In this document: one piece after another, positions 61,349 to 64,000 of the stretch
Layout of the letters: each line of letters opens with the position of its first letter
Position numbering within the stretch: position 1 is the stretch's first letter
Assembly: GCA_965215565.1 (NCBI GenBank)
Contig: CBDCDZ010000004.1
Span: 800,001-864,000 of the forward strand
Reading direction: 5' to 3'
From: Trueperaceae bacterium
Lineage (GTDB): Bacteria; Deinococcota; Deinococci; Deinococcales; Trueperaceae
DNA length: 64,000 nucleotides
Made by a program: the position numbers and the translations under genes
Notes under the pieces: model-generated
Database searches by the model: none
Told to the model about the DNA's origin: nothing
What the model saw: only the letters and a program-made list of their open reading frames with translations

Positions 61349-61509
61349 GCTTAGCGCCTCCTTAATGCGGCTAGTTTCGTACCGTTGACGTATTTGTGAA
61401 CTTTTCGTTGCCTTCTTAGGCTGATTATAGACTGTGAACTCTGCTTTTCTACTGATAGATTCGACCTTGTGCCTCCCTTACGCCGCACAAGGTGCTCTGC
61501 AGGCGTGGT

Positions 61510-64000
61510 TCACGAGTCGCCCCTACTCGGCTGCAAGGTTTCGGAGGTTTCCGCGTCCGGCGCGGGACGTCCGAGCCACCACACGCTGAGGCGCATGATA
61601 ATGAGCACGCCCAGCCCGAGCAGCGACGCCTTGAACCAGGCGAAGCTGTCGATAGGCGCGGAGCCGAAGACGGCGTTCATGGCGGGTAGGTAGATAAACG
61701 AGAGTTGCAGCGCGGCGAGCGCGCCGACGCTCAAGATAACCCAAGGGTTGCGGCGGCCTTGAAGGCGCGGCGCGCGGATCGCGAAGAGGTAGGCGAGCTG
61801 CGCCAGGACGATGCCTGTGACGGTGAGCGTCTGCACCCTCGCGAGCGTGCGTTCTGGCGAGACGCTGTCCGCTAAGGCGTCAGCCAGACCTAGATAGCTC
61901 AGCGCGAGCGTCCCGAGGGTCAGTAAGACGCTCATCAGCGCGATGAGGATGAGGTTGGCGCGGCTCAGCAGGGTGTTTTGGCGCGAACCGAGGGGAGTGG
62001 GGATGGACTCGAGCGCCAGCGGTAAGCCCAGCAAGAGGTTCGCCACGAGGTGAACCCACAGCGCTTGCGTCGGCAAAAGGGGTAGGAGCGTGCCGTCCCC
62101 TTGCAAGAGGGCGTACCCGGTGCTCACGGCTAGAATCGCTAAAAGCGCGATATTGACGGGCAGCGCAAACGTCAGGAGCCGCGTGACCGCCGTACGCACT
62201 TTGCCCCCTTCTTGCAAGGCGGTCAGGAGCCCGCCGATGTTGTCGTCCGCCAGCACCACGTCCGCTACCTCTTTCGCCACGGACGTGCCCGACACGCCCA
62301 TCGAGACGCCCACGTCGGCTTGTTTCAAAGCGGGCGCGTCGTTGACGCCGTCGCCCGGCACCGCGACGACGTGCCCGTCCGCCTGGAGCGCCTTGACAAG
62401 CTGCACCTTCTGCTCGGGCGTCACGCGGGCGAAGACGCTGTGCTCGCGTACGGCTTGCGCGAACCTCTTGTCCGAGAGCGCCGCGAGTTCTTCGCCCGTG
62501 ATGACCTCTTCGCCCTCGCGTAAAAGCCCTAAATCTTGCCCGGTGAGCCGCGCGGTGGCGGCGTGGTCGCCCGTGATCATCTTGACAGTGAGGCCCGCCG
62601 TTCGGCAGACGTGCAGCGTCGAGCGCGCTTCGGTGCGGACCGGATCGACGACGCCGACGAGACCTAAGAAGGTGAAGCCGTCTTCGACGTCGCTGGTGAG
62701 GAGTCTGGGAGAAGGCTCGGGCAAGCGGCGCTCCGCTAATGCGATCACGCGCAGCCCCCGCGCCGCCCACGCTTCAGCCTCGCGGCGGACGCGCCTGAGG
62801 TCTAAATCGTGACCGTCACTCTGGATCACGCAGCGCGTCAGCACCTCGTCCGGGTCGCCGCGCAAGGAGATGAGCCCGTACCCCGCGGGCGTGCTGTGCG
62901 AGCTGGCGGTGAAACCGCGCCACGTCTTAAAGGGCAGCGTGTCGAGGCGCGGGTAGTTCTCGCGGAGGCTCTGGGCGTTGAGCCCAAGCTTGTAACCCGC
63001 CACGACGAGCGCCCCTTCGACGGGGTCGCCTGTAATGAACCAGCCGAGCCTATCGCGCTGGAGCGTGGCGTCACTCGAGATGACCCCCACCGTGAGCAAA
63101 TCCTCTCCGTTCGAGGAGAGCAGCCGGACCTGTTCGTCGTCGAAGCTGAGCAGTTGTCCTTCGGGCGCGTAGCCTTGACCGCTCAGGTGGAAGGGCAAGG
63201 GCGGCGTCCAGAGCGACGTCGCAGTCATCTCGTTATGGGTGAGCGCCCCGGTCTTGTTCGCTAGAATCGCCGTGACGCCGCCCAGGGTCTCCGTCGCCGC
63301 GAGGTGGCGCAGCGCGACGCGGTGCGCGATCAAGCGCCAAATCCCGGCGGCGAGCGCGATGGTCACGAGGATGGGCAGACCGACAGGCGCAGCGCCTACT
63401 GCGATCGCGGAGACAGTGAGCTTGATCTCCGCGAAGGAGAAGTCGCGCCAGACGCCGCCCAAAGCGACGAGCGTGGAGAGCACCGCGATGGCTACTGTGA
63501 GCGCCCAGCCGATGCGGACAAAGGTCCCCGAGAAGGGGGGCGCGTCGTGCTTGATGCGCTGGATCAGCCCCGCTAGGTGCCCTAGCTCCGTCGTCATGCC
63601 CGTCGCCACGACGACGCCCGCCGCCCCGCCGCTGCTTACGTACGTGCCGCTGTGGAGCATACTGTGGCGGTCGCCCACGCCGACCTCTTCGGGCGTGGGG
63701 TCAGCGTGCTTATCGACGGGCAGCGATTCGCCTGTCAGGGCGGACTGCTTGACGCGCAGATTGTAAGAGCTTAAAAGACGCAAGTCGGCGGGCACCCAAG
63801 CGTCCGCCTCCAAGGTTACGATGTCGCCCGGTACGAGGTCTTCTGCTGGGACGGAGAGCTTCTGCCCGCCGCGCAAGACCGCCGCCTCATCCGGCACGAT
63901 CTTGATGAGCGCGTCGAAGGAACGGTTCGCCCGGTACGCCTGGACGAAACCGATGGCGAGGTTGATGCTCACTGCGATAAGGAGCACCACGCCGTCTAAG
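61510..64000 (-). CDS. P-type IIA-like cation ATPase homolog with degenerate catalytic motifs (5' end outside the window)
   Basis: LVPGD, LTGES, MITGD and GDGVNDAPALK present; the DKTGT motif reads NKTGA. Confidence 0.88.
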   Translation of the reverse strand, partial: LDGVVLLIAVSINLAIGFVQAYRANRSFDALIKIVPDEAAVLRGGQKLSVPAEDLVPGDIVTLEADAWVPADLRLLSSYNLRVKQSALTGESLPVDKHADPTPEEVGVGDRHSMLHSGTYVSSGGAAGVVVATGMTTELGHLAGLIQRIKHDAPPFSGTFVRIGWALTVAIAVLSTLVALGGVWRDFSFAEIKLTVSAIAVGAAPVGLPILVTIALAAGIWRLIAHRVALRHLAATETLGGVTAILANKTGALTHNEMTATSLWTPPLPFHLSGQGYAPEGQLLSFDDEQVRLLSSNGEDLLTVGVISSDATLQRDRLGWFITGDPVEGALVVAGYKLGLNAQSLRENYPRLDTLPFKTWRGFTASSHSTPAGYGLISLRGDPDEVLTRCVIQSDGHDLDLRRVRREAEAWAARGLRVIALAERRLPEPSPRLLTSDVEDGFTFLGLVGVVDPVRTEARSTLHVCRTAGLTVKMITGDHAATARLTGQDLGLLREGEEVITGEELAALSDKRFAQAVREHSVFARVTPEQKVQLVKALQADGHVVAVPGDGVNDAPALKQADVGVSMGVSGTSVAKEVADVVLADDNIGGLLTALQEGGKVRTAVTRLLTFALPVNIALLAILAVSTGYALLQGDGTLLPLLPTQALWVHLVANLLLGLPLALESIPTPLGSRQNTLLSRANLILIALMSVLLTLGTLALSYLGLADALADSVSPERTLARVQTLTVTGIVLAQLAYLFAIRAPRLQGRRNPWVILSVGALAALQLSFIYLPAMNAVFGSAPIDSFAWFKASLLGLGVLIIMRLSVWWLGRPAPDAETSETLQPSRGDS

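Overview
GC-rich bacterial chromosome segment; the gene set suggests Deinococcota (Truepera/Deinococcus-like), which is an inference. The housekeeping frame comprises an SDR, TetR, tRNA-Arg(CCG), a SurA/PpiC foldase, purH, an intein-containing class II ribonucleotide reductase nrdJ, carA, dusA, two sugar ABC clusters with melA/galK/LacI, and a P-type ATPase-like gene. The main accessory feature is a 25.75-kb Tn7-like transposon (10899-36651) with TGT..ACA ends, TnsB-site arrays and tnsA-tnsB-tnsC-tnsD. It is inserted 8 bp after the nrdJ stop codon, an attachment gene I do not recognise as described, and is flanked by a 7-bp rather than 5-bp direct repeat (CTTCGGA). Its cargo is defence-rich: a Dsr-like SIR2 protein, a type I RM system containing an MNT-HEPN pair and an antisense NACHT/26-aa-repeat NLR-like gene, and several HTH regulators. 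IS5-family copies interrupt hsdS and tnsC, and tnsD has an in-frame stop. A second decayed island follows (tyrosine recombinase, IS, REase-IrrE fusion). Other oddities are a P-type ATPase lacking its phosphoacceptor Asp, lysyl-oxidase/CRTAC1/His-rich membrane genes inside a galactoside locus, and a family of small inverted-repeat elements. No CRISPR array or cas genes were seen.
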